In this document: positions 1 to 9,083 of the stretch, piece by piece
Position numbering within the stretch: position 1 is the stretch's first letter
How the letters are laid out: every line of letters begins with the position of its first letter
Assembly (NCBI GenBank): GCA_964343545.1
Contig: CAYFKX010000001.1
Span: forward strand, 1 to 35,967
Length of the DNA stretch: 35,967 bases
Direction: 5' to 3'
Origin: an uncultured Bifidobacteriaceae bacterium
GTDB taxonomy: Bacteria > Actinomycetota > Actinomycetes > S36-B12 > UBA5976
The notes under the pieces: generated by a model
Seen by the model: only the letters and a program-made list of their open reading frames with translations
Told to the model about the DNA's origin: nothing
Database searches by the model: none
Position numbers and translations under genes: made by a program

Positions 1-1217
1 ATGCGCTGGGTCTGCTCATCCTTGCGGCCATCGGTGGCCGTGATGAGCACCTCAACTGCGGTTCCGAGCAGCGCTCGGTTCTCAGCCCATGCCACTTCTT
101 CAACGACGGCAGCAAGTTCGCGGTACCGCTGAGTGACGATGTCGGCAGGCACCTGGTCCGGGTAGTCAGCAGCTGGGGTGCCCGGACGTTTGGAGTATTG
201 GAAGGTGAAGGCACTTGCGAAACGTGCGGTGCGCACGATGTCCACGGTGTCGGCAAACTCCGCGTCAGTCTCACCCGGAAAGCCCACGATGATGTCGGTC
301 GTGATAGCCGCATGGGGCATCGCTGAGCGCACTCGCTCGATGATGCCGAGGTATTTCTCGCGTCGATACGACCTGCGCATACGTTGCAACACTGAGTCCG
401 ACCCAGACTGCACGGGCATGTGCAAGTGCGGCATGACATTCGGCGTCTGCGCCATCGCTGCGATGACATCATCAGTGAAGTCCCGTGGGTGCGGGCTGGT
501 GAACCGGACCCGCTCAAGGCCATCAATGCGTCCGCATGCCCGCAAGAGTTGCGCGAACGCCTGTCGGTCCCCGAACTCAACACCGTAGGCGTTCACGTTC
601 TGCCCCAGCAGCGTCACCTCGACCACGCCGACGGCTACCAGTGCCTCAATCTCAGCGAGGATCTCCCCCGGTCGGCGGTCCTTCTCGCGGCCGCGCAAGC
701 TCGGCACGATGCAGAAAGTGCAGGTGTTGTTACAGCCCACGCTGATCGCAACCCAGGCTGAAAACGCGGAGTCGCGGCGCGACGGCAGTGCCGACGGAAA
801 GACTTGCAACGAGTCAGCGAACTCAGCCTGCACCTGGCCGAGAACTCGTGCGCGCTCAAGCAGAATCGGTAGTCGGTCCACGTTGTGTGTGCCGAAGACG
901 ACATCAACCCACGGAGCCCGCTCGGCCACCACATGCTGGTCCTTTTGTGCCAGACACCCGCCGACCGCGATCTGCAGCCAGGGGCGCTCACGTTTGGCCT
1001 GAGCAAGATGACCGAGAGTGCCGTACAACTTGTTGTCCGCGTTCTCGCGCACTGCACACGTGTTCAGCACGATGACATCGGCCGCTTGCCCATCCCCCGC
1101 TGCTGACAGCCCTGCTTGCTCGAGTAGGCCAGCGAGGCGCTCGGAGTCGTGCACGTTCATCTGACAGCCGTAAGTGCGCACCTCATACGTGCGCTCATGT
1201 GGAGCCGTCATAGACAT
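1..1217 (-). CDS. miaB: tRNA-2-methylthio-N6-dimethylallyladenosine synthase MiaB (3' partial, runs off window start)
   Basis: My own minus-strand translation reads [33 protein letters not shown]...[15 protein letters not shown]...[18 protein letters not shown]...FTSPHPRDF...[18 protein letters not shown]. This is the MiaB N-terminal Cys context plus the radical-SAM CxxxCxxC. It is absent from the ORF track because there is no stop inside the window. Alternative ATG at 1211. Confidence 0.9.
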   Translation of the reverse strand, partial: MSMTAPHERTYEVRTYGCQMNVHDSERLAGLLEQAGLSAAGDGQAADVIVLNTCAVRENADNKLYGTLGHLAQAKRERPWLQIAVGGCLAQKDQHVVAERAPWVDVVFGTHNVDRLPILLERARVLGQVQAEFADSLQVFPSALPSRRDSAFSAWVAISVGCNNTCTFCIVPSLRGREKDRRPGEILAEIEALVAVGVVEVTLLGQNVNAYGVEFGDRQAFAQLLRACGRIDGLERVRFTSPHPRDFTDDVIAAMAQTPNVMPHLHMPVQSGSDSVLQRMRRSYRREKYLGIIERVRSAMPHAAITTDIIVGFPGETDAEFADTVDIVRTARFASAFTFQYSKRPGTPAADYPDQVPADIVTQRYRELAAVVEEVAWAENRALLGTAVEVLITATDGRKDEQTQR

Positions 1218-1235
1218 GCAGTGTAGGAGCCGAAC

Positions 1236-4200
1236 TCAGCCGACGATGGTGATGCCCGAGGCGGTGCCGATGCCGACTGCATTCACGGCGGCAATCTCGA
1301 CGCGCACGCTGGCACCAGCAGCGGGTCGGGGCACAGTTGCTGGGGACTTCGCCGTGGACCAGTCGGTCCACGTTTTGCCGCCGTCAGAACTGCTGCGCAG
1401 CTTGTAGCCGGTGAGTTTGCTGCCGCCATCAGTTGTCGGCGCTGCCCACGTCAACGTGGTGCTGCGCGTGTCCTTATGGGTGTACGTCAACGCCGTAACT
1501 GCCCCGGGCGCAACGGCTGTCCCGGTGTTGACAATGAGTGGCTGACCATCGCCCTTGATGTTGTAGGCCAGCACCGAGAATGTCAGCGTGGTGCCGTTGG
1601 CAAGGCCAGTGAACACCGCTTTCGTGCCGGTGACCGTGTATTTCAATGTCGCTGGCGTGACGGCGGTGCGGTAGCCGAGGATCTTGGACCCGCCCGTTGC
1701 CGGGGCCTTCCAGGTGATGGTGACCGCCGTGGCGGTGCGCAGCACGGTCGCCGTCGGTGTCGCAGGCGGCACTGCCACGAGCACCGATGTCGCGGACCCC
1801 GTTCCGGTGCCCTTGATGTTCTTGGCCGCAACGGTCACCGCATACGTGGTGCCGCCTTTGGCACCGGTCACCCGTGCGGTGGTGCCGTTGATGGTCACGG
1901 TGAGCCCGGTCGAGGGCTTCAGGGTTACCGAGTACCCCGTGATGGGCAAACCGCCGGTGTCACTCGGCTCCGACCAGGCAACATCAAAGTTGGTCGCCGC
2001 GATTGCAGTGACTGACACTGGGCCCGGGGCACCGGGTGCATCGGTGGTGGTTGTCACGGGTAACGATGCTGTGGGCGCGCCGTCGCCGGCGGTGGTGATG
2101 ACCGTGACGCGGAACTGATAGCTCGTGGCTGCGCGCAGTCCAGTGACGGTGATGGCTGTCTTCGTGCTCGCAGCGTGCGGGAAGACCGTCCAACTAGTGC
2201 CGTCAGCAGACCACTCGACCCGGTAGTCCTTGATGTCCTTTGCCAGCACAGCCGTCGGCGCTTTCCAGGCAAGCGCCACCGAGCGCCCTGACACTGCCGT
2301 CGTCGCTAAAGCGGTGGCGAATGCGTCAGACAGCGTGCGCACAGTGACGGTCGCTGAGGTGGCGCTGCCGACAGAGTTTGTGGCTACCACTTGCACGCGG
2401 TAGTCAGTGCCTGAGCGAAGGCCCGCCAACGACGCGAAGTACCCGCGTGCAGCGGTACTTGTCCAAGATGTCCCATCAGTGGAAATGCGCACTGTGTATG
2501 ACGGGCGTCCCGCTCCACCAGCGAGATCACCGCCGTTCCAGCGCACGGCCACTTGCGTCGCCGACAAGGCAGTTGCTGACACCGTCGGGGCTGGTGGCGC
2601 GGAGACGGAAGAGGAAATCAGTGCGATTGCTAGGTCACTGGCCTGGTCCTGACCGCAGATGCGAATCTCGCTGGTCGCGATGTGGGCGATGGCACCGGTA
2701 CCTGCCGCGGTGACCGCGCGTACTTCGAACCGCGTCAACCAACCAGGCGGTGCCTTCGGCGCACGGAACGGCGATGTCACTGGTGCCCAATCACTGAAAT
2801 AGCGGCCTTTGCGGTTATCCCAGCGACCGATGTAGCCAGTCACCGGGCTGGCGCCCGCTCGCTGCGGAGCAGACCAGGTGTAGACCCAGTCCGCGGATTC
2901 CCCGGGCGTCGTGGAACTGCTCAACGACAGTGGTGCCTCTGCTCGCGTGGATGTCGCAGACAGTTCGTCGCGGATGACATCCTCGGTCTTGTCCACGATG
3001 CACGTGCCACCACCGGCGTAGTAGCGGCCAGCGGCTGCGTCGAAACCTTGCACCGCGCCAACGGGCGATGTGATGTCCGTGGCGGCACTGCCGGTACCAA
3101 ACACTTGCCTGGTTCCATTAGTGGACCACAGCACCGTTCGAGTTCCATGGGCCGCAATCGCAGCGGCCGATTTGCCAGCAGCCAAACCCTGACCGGCCGC
3201 CGAGCAACCCCAGGTGACGACTTTGCCGTCGGCACGCAACGCCACCGCATGGCAGTCGCCAGCGGCGATCTGCACGATGTTGCTCGCACCAGCCACGCCA
3301 GTGGGTACCGCGGTTTGACCCGAACTGTTGTCACCCCATGCAGTGACCGACCCATCCGCCAACAACGCGAGGGCGAAATCGCGCCCGGCTGCGACGTCCA
3401 CCACCGAGGACAGTCCGGCAGGCGCTTTCGCGGCAGTCACGGTGGAGTTCACCGTGATGGACCCCCACTCGGTGACGGTGCCGTCTGAACGCAACGCCAC
3501 CGCGTGCCTTCCAGCCGCGGCAACGCGCATGCTGCCGTTCGCGGCAGCCGGGGCCATACATTGCCCCGCAACCTCCGAAGGCAGGGTGGAGTCACAGCGG
3601 GCTGCGACCGTTCCGTCGGTCTTGGTGAACACCTGGAAAGTGTCGCCAGCAGCTATCGATGAGACTGCGGTCACTGAAACCGCCGTGCCGACGATGGCCG
3701 TCGGCATCGGGGGCAGCGCCAGCGTCGGGAGCTTTTTCGGATCTGGGCTCCACACTTTCGTGACCGCGTTGTAGACCTGGCACGGATTGGTTCCAGCACT
3801 CTGCTCGCAGGTGTCCAAGGCCTTGAGCACATCTGTCAGGCTCGAGATTCGATACTGCGTCATCGCCGTTCGGTATCGCGTCACCATGGATTTGATGTCA
3901 CTGGCGCCCAGCGCTGGCAGAACACAACCTCTGGCAGTGCCGCTGTTGTCCACGCTCCACACACTTGTCTTACTGGCAGCAACATCCACAATGACGGCGC
4001 CCGCTGGGGCCACAATCGTCGAACAGAGCGCCGAGATGCTCAAGTCGGGCGTCCACACCGCGCTGGTCGGGCTGATGCAGAAGTCGGCCTCGTCGTAGGT
4101 GAACCCAAAGTTGTTGAGCCGCGCTGCCGCATCGCACGCATCCCACAGCACATCGTCGAATGCTTCCGACATCGCCATGGCGATCGTTGGGGCGAGCTCA

Positions 4201-4349
4201 GTGCTGTCCATCGCAGTGCCCAGCAGGTTGACCTGCGCGGGACTAGGTGCCGCGTTCGCTGTCACCGCAGCGACTGGGCTAGCAAGCACACCGACAGCCA
4301 CTGCCCAGGCGCTCACGAGCGCGAGGATGCGCCGTGCGGATGTGGGCAT
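1236..4349 (-). CDS. Secreted multidomain protein: signal peptide, Cys-rich N-terminal domain, RCC1-like beta-propeller repeats, about six fibronectin type III domains
   Basis: ORF 1236..4364. I prefer the second ATG at 4349, which has GGAG 6 nt upstream. The signal peptide is MPTSARRILALVSAWAVAVGVLASPVAAVTANA. RCC1-type blades (approx 3000..3662) include GRHAVALRSDGTVTEWG, GRDFALALLADGSVTAWGDNSSGQ and GDCHAVALRADGKVVTWG. Repeated FN3 signatures (approx 1239..2912) include VAVRWNG...YRVQVVATNSVG, LAWKAP...YRVEWSADGTSW, FDVAWSEPSDTGGLPITGY and LTWAAPTTDGGSKLTGY. No C-terminal anchor. Confidence 0.8.
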   Translation of the reverse strand: MPTSARRILALVSAWAVAVGVLASPVAAVTANAAPSPAQVNLLGTAMDSTELAPTIAMAMSEAFDDVLWDACDAAARLNNFGFTYDEADFCISPTSAVWTPDLSISALCSTIVAPAGAVIVDVAASKTSVWSVDNSGTARGCVLPALGASDIKSMVTRYRTAMTQYRISSLTDVLKALDTCEQSAGTNPCQVYNAVTKVWSPDPKKLPTLALPPMPTAIVGTAVSVTAVSSIAAGDTFQVFTKTDGTVAARCDSTLPSEVAGQCMAPAAANGSMRVAAAGRHAVALRSDGTVTEWGSITVNSTVTAAKAPAGLSSVVDVAAGRDFALALLADGSVTAWGDNSSGQTAVPTGVAGASNIVQIAAGDCHAVALRADGKVVTWGCSAAGQGLAAGKSAAAIAAHGTRTVLWSTNGTRQVFGTGSAATDITSPVGAVQGFDAAAGRYYAGGGTCIVDKTEDVIRDELSATSTRAEAPLSLSSSTTPGESADWVYTWSAPQRAGASPVTGYIGRWDNRKGRYFSDWAPVTSPFRAPKAPPGWLTRFEVRAVTAAGTGAIAHIATSEIRICGQDQASDLAIALISSSVSAPPAPTVSATALSATQVAVRWNGGDLAGGAGRPSYTVRISTDGTSWTSTAARGYFASLAGLRSGTDYRVQVVATNSVGSATSATVTVRTLSDAFATALATTAVSGRSVALAWKAPTAVLAKDIKDYRVEWSADGTSWTVFPHAASTKTAITVTGLRAATSYQFRVTVITTAGDGAPTASLPVTTTTDAPGAPGPVSVTAIAATNFDVAWSEPSDTGGLPITGYSVTLKPSTGLTVTINGTTARVTGAKGGTTYAVTVAAKNIKGTGTGSATSVLVAVPPATPTATVLRTATAVTITWKAPATGGSKILGYRTAVTPATLKYTVTGTKAVFTGLANGTTLTFSVLAYNIKGDGQPLIVNTGTAVAPGAVTALTYTHKDTRSTTLTWAAPTTDGGSKLTGYKLRSSSDGGKTWTDWSTAKSPATVPRPAAGASVRVEIAAVNAVGIGTASGITIVG

Positions 4350-4468
4350 GAGGACTCCGTCCATGGACTAGCCCCAATTCTACCGCTGGCAACCCAATCG
4401 GACTACCGCCGTGTAGCTCGCACAGCGCTCACGCGTGCCTGTGCTGAGTGCCCGCACATTGCTTCTCA

Positions 4469-5113
4469 TCACGTTCCCAGAATGTTCACGGCGCGAGCAA
4501 AGACAACCGCGATGGCAATGAGCGCAACTGTCGACTGCGCAGCCATGAGCGCTTTCATCCGCGCCGTCAACGGCATCGTGTCAGTTGGACTAAAAGCAGT
4601 GGCGTTGGTCAGCGAGACATAGGCATAGTCGAGGTAGCGCGCGGACCACGATGCATGGCTGTCCAACGAGTACTGCATGAACCACAAGTCGGTATCCAGT
4701 GCAGACCGCCCGCGCGCACGAGCCACGGGGCCACCAGCGTCGACTTCCCAAAAGATGACGGAGAACGCGATGATGTTCGTGAGCCAAGCCGCAGCGCCGA
4801 TACGCAGCAGTTCACCGGCGTGCACACCCGCACCTGACACCAGGCCGCGCACCAAGAGCGCCACGGCGAGGAGATTGCCGACGGCCAGCGCTCCACCGAG
4901 GGCCAGCGCGAGGACTCGCAAGGACCAGTGCCCGGGGTCCTCGACTCGTCGCCCGCCGACGGCGATGAGCACGGCCAATGAGCCGGCCACCACTGGCAGT
5001 AACCAGGTGGGCTGCAGCCGGTAGTCAGCCGGGGCGAGGTACTGCGCTGCCAAGGCCAAAGCCACGGCCAACGACACCGTGGTGCGCTGTTCGACATCCT
5101 GCGTTGCGGCCAT
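4469..5113 (-). CDS. DUF1345-family integral membrane protein
   Basis: ORF 4469..5134. I prefer the internal ATG at 5113, preceded by AGGAGG at 6 nt. The protein has multiple TM helices and the segment FWEVDAGGP...DLWFMQYS...YLDYAYVSLTNATAFSPTD, which I recognise as DUF1345-like. Confidence 0.7.
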   Translation of the reverse strand: MAATQDVEQRTTVSLAVALALAAQYLAPADYRLQPTWLLPVVAGSLAVLIAVGGRRVEDPGHWSLRVLALALGGALAVGNLLAVALLVRGLVSGAGVHAGELLRIGAAAWLTNIIAFSVIFWEVDAGGPVARARGRSALDTDLWFMQYSLDSHASWSARYLDYAYVSLTNATAFSPTDTMPLTARMKALMAAQSTVALIAIAVVFARAVNILGT

Positions 5114-5415
5114 CCGAGCCCTCCTGCACGTCATCTGCCTCAGCCCGCGGTCTACCGAGGCGAGCGTGGCCTCGAGTCTGTCCGCCGCCCATCACGGTGG
5201 CGCTGCCTGCCCAGAAGCGACGCTCAGGCTCGTTCCACGCCTGATTTTCGGACATTCGGCGCGTTACAGCCTCAGTGACACGGTTTAGCCGCCAGATGAA
5301 CCTAGGTTTATGTCGCCTAGGCGGCTCGCACCTGCGCGCTCCAGCCGCCACAGCACCGGGTGCCTAATCCTGGACACCCGGCAAGTGGGGATATCTCTGG
5401 GGAGGACGCAGAGGC

Positions 5416-6867
5416 ATGTCAACCATGACACAAACACCACGGTCAGGCTCTGGCCTGGACTCGTGGTTCGAAATCACGAAGCGCGGGTCCGATGTCGGAC
5501 GCGAAATTCGTGGTGGCATCGTCACCTTCATCACGATGGCCTACATCGTGGTACTCAACCCGCTCATCATCGGCACTGTGCCGGACTCCACGGGCAAGTT
5601 CCTCGGTGGTGGCGCTGGCCCGAACATCCCGCTCGTCGCGGCAGCAACTGCGCTCTTGGCCGGTCTGCTGACAATTGCGATGGGCGTTTTCGGCAAGATG
5701 CCGATTGCACTTGCCGCGGGTTTGGGACTGAACGGATTCGTTGCCTACCAAATCGCGACTAAGAGCACCTGGGAGCAGGCCATGGGCCTGGTCGTGCTCG
5801 AAGGTCTCATCATCCTGGTGCTGGTGCTGACCGGCTTCCGTCGGGCAGTCTTCGAGGCCGTACCAGCTGGACTGCGGTACGCCATCGGTGTGGGTATCGG
5901 TCTGTTTATCACCCTCATCGGACTCGTTGACGCCAAGATCGTCCAGCAGGGCGTTCCGCTAGCCACCTTGGGCAGCGGCGGTGTCATGAACACCTGGCCG
6001 ATGTTTGTGTTCTGCGCTGGACTGATTGTCACGGTCATCTTGGTTGCCAAGCAGATTCGCGGTGGCATTCTCATCGGCATCGCAGTGGCCACGGTCTTGG
6101 CATTCCTCGTCGAGGCTGCCTTCAAGCCGATGGTGGCTGGCGCCGACGGCGCGATGAAGAGTGCCTGGAGCCTGAACACCCCCAAGTTCTCCGGAAGCCC
6201 CATCGACAATCCGGACTTCGGACTGCTCGGGCAGATTGACCTGTTCGGTGCCCTCAAGGCCGCTCCACTGGCTGCTGGCTTGGCTATCTTCACCCTGCTG
6301 CTCAGTGACTTCTTCGACACGATGGGCACGGTCTACGGCATCGCGGCCGAGGCTGACCTGCTCGACGAGAACGGCAACGTGCCGAATCTGGACAAGGTCT
6401 TGATCGTGGACTCCGTCGCTGCTGCTGCTGGTGGTTTCGGCGGCACTTCGAGCAACACGTCCTACATCGAGTCCGCCTCTGGCGTTGGCGACGGTGCCCG
6501 CACTGGCCTTGCCAGTGTGGTCACTGGTGGTTTGTTCTTGCTGGCCACTTTCATCTCGCCACTGGTCGGGGTCATCCCGCACGAGGCTGCTACCCCAGCC
6601 CTTGTGGTGGTCGGGTTCTTGATGCTCACGCAAATCAAGAAGATTGACTTCAGCGACTACTCGATTGGTATCCCGGCATTCCTCACCATGGTGATGATGC
6701 CGTTCACCTACTCCATCGCCAACGGCATCGGCGCAGGCTTCATCAGCTGGGTCGCCATCAAGGCTGCGACCGGTCGCAGCAAGGAGATCAAGCCGCTGAT
6801 GTGGATTGTCGCGCTTGCGTTCGTGGTGTTCTTCGCGATGCACCTCGTCACCGTGTGGTTTGGCTGA
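5416..6867 (+). CDS. NCS2/AzgA-family purine (adenine/guanine/hypoxanthine) permease
   Basis: 483 aa and polytopic. The N-terminus LDSWFEITKRGSDVGREIRGGIVTFITMAYIVVLNPLII is typical of AzgA/PbuG-type permeases. A GGGGAGGA Shine-Dalgarno lies 9 nt upstream of the ATG. Confidence 0.88.
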   Translation: MSTMTQTPRSGSGLDSWFEITKRGSDVGREIRGGIVTFITMAYIVVLNPLIIGTVPDSTGKFLGGGAGPNIPLVAAATALLAGLLTIAMGVFGKMPIALAAGLGLNGFVAYQIATKSTWEQAMGLVVLEGLIILVLVLTGFRRAVFEAVPAGLRYAIGVGIGLFITLIGLVDAKIVQQGVPLATLGSGGVMNTWPMFVFCAGLIVTVILVAKQIRGGILIGIAVATVLAFLVEAAFKPMVAGADGAMKSAWSLNTPKFSGSPIDNPDFGLLGQIDLFGALKAAPLAAGLAIFTLLLSDFFDTMGTVYGIAAEADLLDENGNVPNLDKVLIVDSVAAAAGGFGGTSSNTSYIESASGVGDGARTGLASVVTGGLFLLATFISPLVGVIPHEAATPALVVVGFLMLTQIKKIDFSDYSIGIPAFLTMVMMPFTYSIANGIGAGFISWVAIKAATGRSKEIKPLMWIVALAFVVFFAMHLVTVWFG

Positions 6868-6881
6868 TCTAGCCCAACTGC

Positions 6882-6923
6882 CACAAAGGCCCCGTCACCC
6901 GCGAGGGTGACGGGGCCTTTGTG
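6882..6923. terminator. Bidirectional intrinsic terminator hairpin between the convergent permease and recX genes
   Basis: Perfect inverted repeat CACAAAGGCCCCGTCACCC-GCGA-GGGTGACGGGGCCTTTGTG (19-bp stem, 4-nt loop). It lies 15 nt after the permease stop and 20 nt after the recX stop. The stem ends in TTTGTGTGTG on the plus strand. Confidence 0.75.
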
Positions 6924-6942
6924 TGTGCCCTGATGAAAATCC

Positions 6943-7500
6943 CTAGCCTGCCGAGGCCTGCTCGAGACCACTTCGGCCATCAGTGTGACTACCCAGGACC
7001 TGCTTCACGACATCAAATGCGACCTGCGCGGAATAGCCCTTTCGTGCGAGCATGCTCACGAGCCTGCGGACTTGTGCTGGGAATTCCAACGAGGCCACGG
7101 AAGCGGCTTTGCGTTCCACCAGCGCACGGGCCGTGGCCCACTCGTCTGCGTCATCAATCTGCGCCAGCGCCTCTTCCACGTGTTCTCGATCAATGCCGTT
7201 GCGCAGCAACTCATCGCGCAGCGCCCGACGAGACAGCCCCTTCGTTCGCTGCCGGCTTCGCACCCACATAGCCGCATACTCAACGTCGTCAACCAAACCG
7301 ACTTCAGTCAAGCGGTCGAGTACCGCCTGGCTGATGTCCGCAGGTACGTTGCGCCGGGCAAGCACTGATGTCAGGTGCGCGCGGCTGCGCGGGGCGAAAG
7401 ACAACTGCGTGAGGCAGATCGTGCGGGCGCGCTCATATGGGTCGATAGACGCATCGGCCGACGATTCCTCGTCGGCCGATGCTGGGAGGTTCGTTGCCAT
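6943..7500 (-). CDS. recX: Recombination regulator RecX
   Basis: It lies immediately downstream of recA. The ATG at 7500 shares one nucleotide with the recA TGA (TGATG). The protein [12 protein letters not shown]...CLTQLSFAPRSRAHLTSVLARRNVP...AMWVRSRQRTKGLSRRALRDELLRNGI has RecX-like three-helix repeats. The 58-codon upstream extension of the tracked ORF overlaps recA and is rejected. Confidence 0.85.
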   Translation of the reverse strand: MATNLPASADEESSADASIDPYERARTICLTQLSFAPRSRAHLTSVLARRNVPADISQAVLDRLTEVGLVDDVEYAAMWVRSRQRTKGLSRRALRDELLRNGIDREHVEEALAQIDDADEWATARALVERKAASVASLEFPAQVRRLVSMLARKGYSAQVAFDVVKQVLGSHTDGRSGLEQASAG

Positions 7501-8564
7501 CAGCCGATGTCGGCCACATCTGCCATATCCGCAGCGGGGGCAGCGGCAGCGCCGATTCCAAGCTTGGCCTTGATCTGCGATTCCAGTTCGGTTGCCAGGT
7601 CCGGGTTGTCCCGCAAGAACGCACGAGCGTTCTCCTTGCCCTGGCCGAGTTGGTCGCCACCGTAGGTGTACCAAGCCCCTGACTTCTTCACCAGACCGTG
7701 TTCGACGCCCATGTCGATAAGGCTGCCTTCGCGGGATATGCCTTCGCCGTAGAGCACGTCAAACTCTGCTTGCTTGAACGGCGGCGCCATCTTGTTCTTG
7801 ACGACCTTGACCCGAGTGCGGTTGCCGACCGCATCAGTGCCGTCCTTGAGTGTCTCGATACGGCGGATGTCAAGCCGGACGGAGGCGTAAAACTTCAGTG
7901 CCTTGCCGCCTGTGGTGGTCTCTGGGCTGCCGAACATCACGCCGATCTTCTCGCGCAGTTGGTTGATGAAAATGGCGGTTGTGCCGTGGGCACTCAACGC
8001 ACCGGTGATCTTGCGCAGCGCTTGGGACATCAAACGTGCCTGAAGACCAACGTGACTATCGCCCATCTCGCCTTCGATTTCTGCACGCGGTACCAGCGCG
8101 GCCACCGAGTCCACGACGAGCAGGTCGATGGCCCCAGACCGAATGAGCATGTCCGCGATTTCTAGGGCCTGCTCGCCAGTGTCTGGCTGAGAGACCAGCA
8201 GGTTGTCGATATCGACACCAAGCTTCTTGGCGTACTCCGGGTCCAGGGCGTGCTCAGCGTCGATGAATGCTGCAATGCCGCCGGCCCGCTGGCAGTTGGC
8301 GATGGCGTGCAGGGTCAATGTGGTCTTGCCAGAGGACTCAGGGCCATAGATCTCAACAACTCGGCCCTTGGGCAAGCCGCCGATGCCCAGCGCCACATCA
8401 AGGGCGATCGACCCAGTCGGGATGACCTCGACACCAGGGCGGTCGTCATCTCCGAGACGCATCACAGAGCCCTTACCGAACTGACGCTCAATCTGCGCCA
8501 ATGCGGTGTCGAGAGCCTTGGCCCGGTCGTTCATCACCGGGTGGGGAACGGTCTTGCCTGCCAC
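7500..8564 (-). CDS. recA: Recombinase RecA (no intein)
   Basis: Contains [22 protein letters not shown], the Walker [11 protein letters not shown], and [40 protein letters not shown] prefer the GTG at 8564, preceded by GAAGGAGA at 6 nt. The longest ORF starts at 8579. Confidence 0.95.
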   Translation of the reverse strand: MAGKTVPHPVMNDRAKALDTALAQIERQFGKGSVMRLGDDDRPGVEVIPTGSIALDVALGIGGLPKGRVVEIYGPESSGKTTLTLHAIANCQRAGGIAAFIDAEHALDPEYAKKLGVDIDNLLVSQPDTGEQALEIADMLIRSGAIDLLVVDSVAALVPRAEIEGEMGDSHVGLQARLMSQALRKITGALSAHGTTAIFINQLREKIGVMFGSPETTTGGKALKFYASVRLDIRRIETLKDGTDAVGNRTRVKVVKNKMAPPFKQAEFDVLYGEGISREGSLIDMGVEHGLVKKSGAWYTYGGDQLGQGKENARAFLRDNPDLATELESQIKAKLGIGAAAAPAADMADVADIG

Positions 8565-8615
8565 GGGGGTCTCCTTCACAGCGAGTCAGTGGGCCGGGTG
8601 GCCACCGCCTGCCGG

Positions 8616-8637
8616 ACGCTAGACCGAGCCACCGACA
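8616..8637 (-). promoter_or_regulatory. RecA-NDp-type (PafBC-dependent, LexA-independent) promoter motif proximal to recA
   Basis: The minus strand reads TGTCGGTG-gctcggtc-TAGCGT. This matches the published tTGTCRgtg-N8-TAnnnT motif at every specified position. The -10 lies about 50 nt upstream of the recA GTG. Confidence 0.55.
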
Positions 8638-8684
8638 GGGCGACTCGGGTTGTACCGACAGTGTGGACAACCTGCTACGGTGGA

Positions 8685-8706
8685 ACTATATGCGAACAGA
8701 TGTTCG
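8685..8706 (-). promoter_or_regulatory. LexA SOS box (Cheo-box type) abutting a TATAGT -10 hexamer, distal recA promoter
   Basis: Perfect palindrome CGAAC-AGAT-GTTCG at 8693..8706 (actinobacterial consensus TCGAAC-N4-GTTCGA). On the recA strand it is followed 2 nt later by TATAGT (8685..8690). Confidence 0.75.
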
Positions 8707-8790
8707 AATCCCGCGACACGCCGAAAGGGACCCATGCCAGTCACCTGCACTGGCTCGCCACGCCGCGAGCAGACCCCACCTGGCCAAGGT

Positions 8791-8985
8791 TTAGCGGTCA
8801 GCCGCCGGCAGGTTCAGCGCCGCGTGTACGGCACGCCAGACAGTCTTGGTGTCCTCGCCTTGGGCAAGCGCTTGGTCCACCGTGCGATCTCCCAGACTGG
8901 CCAAGCGGACGTCGGCGGCCCACGACCGGGCGTACCCCACGCCGAGCGCTGTTTCCATTCGCTCCCAAAAGTCCGTCAGGCGCAT
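8791..8985 (-). CDS. DUF3046-family small protein (Rv2738c-like) upstream of recA
   Basis: 64 aa, MRLTDFWERMETALGVGYARSWAADVRLASLGDRTVDQAL. The sequence and its position directly upstream of recA match the conserved actinobacterial DUF3046 gene. Confidence 0.8.
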   Translation of the reverse strand: MRLTDFWERMETALGVGYARSWAADVRLASLGDRTVDQALAQGEDTKTVWRAVHAALNLPAADR

Positions 8986-9083
8986 ACGAGCATCCTCGCA
9001 GACCGCCTCGGCCGACCTCGGTCGTTGGTGGTGCAGCTGGCTGTGCGCGCGCCAGGGTCGGCATACCTGGCAAGGATGGCGTC

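Noticed and set aside
1212-1238. The in-frame TGA between the RCC1/FN3 gene and miaB, as possible read-through, selenocysteine or a fused gene
   Set aside because: There is no SECIS-like hairpin downstream. The products are functionally unrelated, one secreted and one a cytoplasmic Fe-S enzyme. The frame match has a 1-in-3 chance.
5114-5415. Purine or ZTP riboswitch upstream of the NCS2 permease
   Set aside because: I could not find the conserved cores by eye: UAUAAU...GGAUAUGG...CCGUAAAU for the purine class, or ACCGGG...CGCCUGGGC for ZTP. A covariance-model search would be decisive.
6943-7674. Longest recX ORF (243 aa)
   Set aside because: Its first 58 codons overlap the recA C-terminus in another frame and are Arg/Cys/Gly-rich. 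The ATG at 7500 gives TGATG coupling to recA and a normal-length RecX.
7500-8564. Possible intein in recA, as in some mycobacteria
   Set aside because: The protein is about 355 aa and colinear with intein-free RecA. There is no insertion after the P-loop or in the C-terminal half.
8701-8711. GTTCGAATCC, which resembles a tRNA T-loop
   Set aside because: There is no complementary T-stem, acceptor stem or anticodon arm around it. It is the right half of the recA SOS-box palindrome.
8250-9083. 278-codon stop-free N-terminal extension of the lhr reading frame (tracked ORF 8250..13676)
   Set aside because: It runs antisense through the recA 5' end, the recA promoter region and the whole DUF3046 gene. 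Its translation is Arg/Pro/Gly-rich with no helicase similarity. Lhr homology begins at about SFGFSTATASWLRAAF, right after a GTG with an AAGGA Shine-Dalgarno. This is a typical high-GC open-frame artefact.
9040-9083. RecA-NDp-like element GGTCGGCA-N8-AAGGAT upstream of lhr
   Set aside because: Only 5 of 8 positions match in the upstream element, and the first T of the -10 is missing. AAGGA is equally well explained as the lhr Shine-Dalgarno. It is kept only as a question inside the lhr-nei finding.
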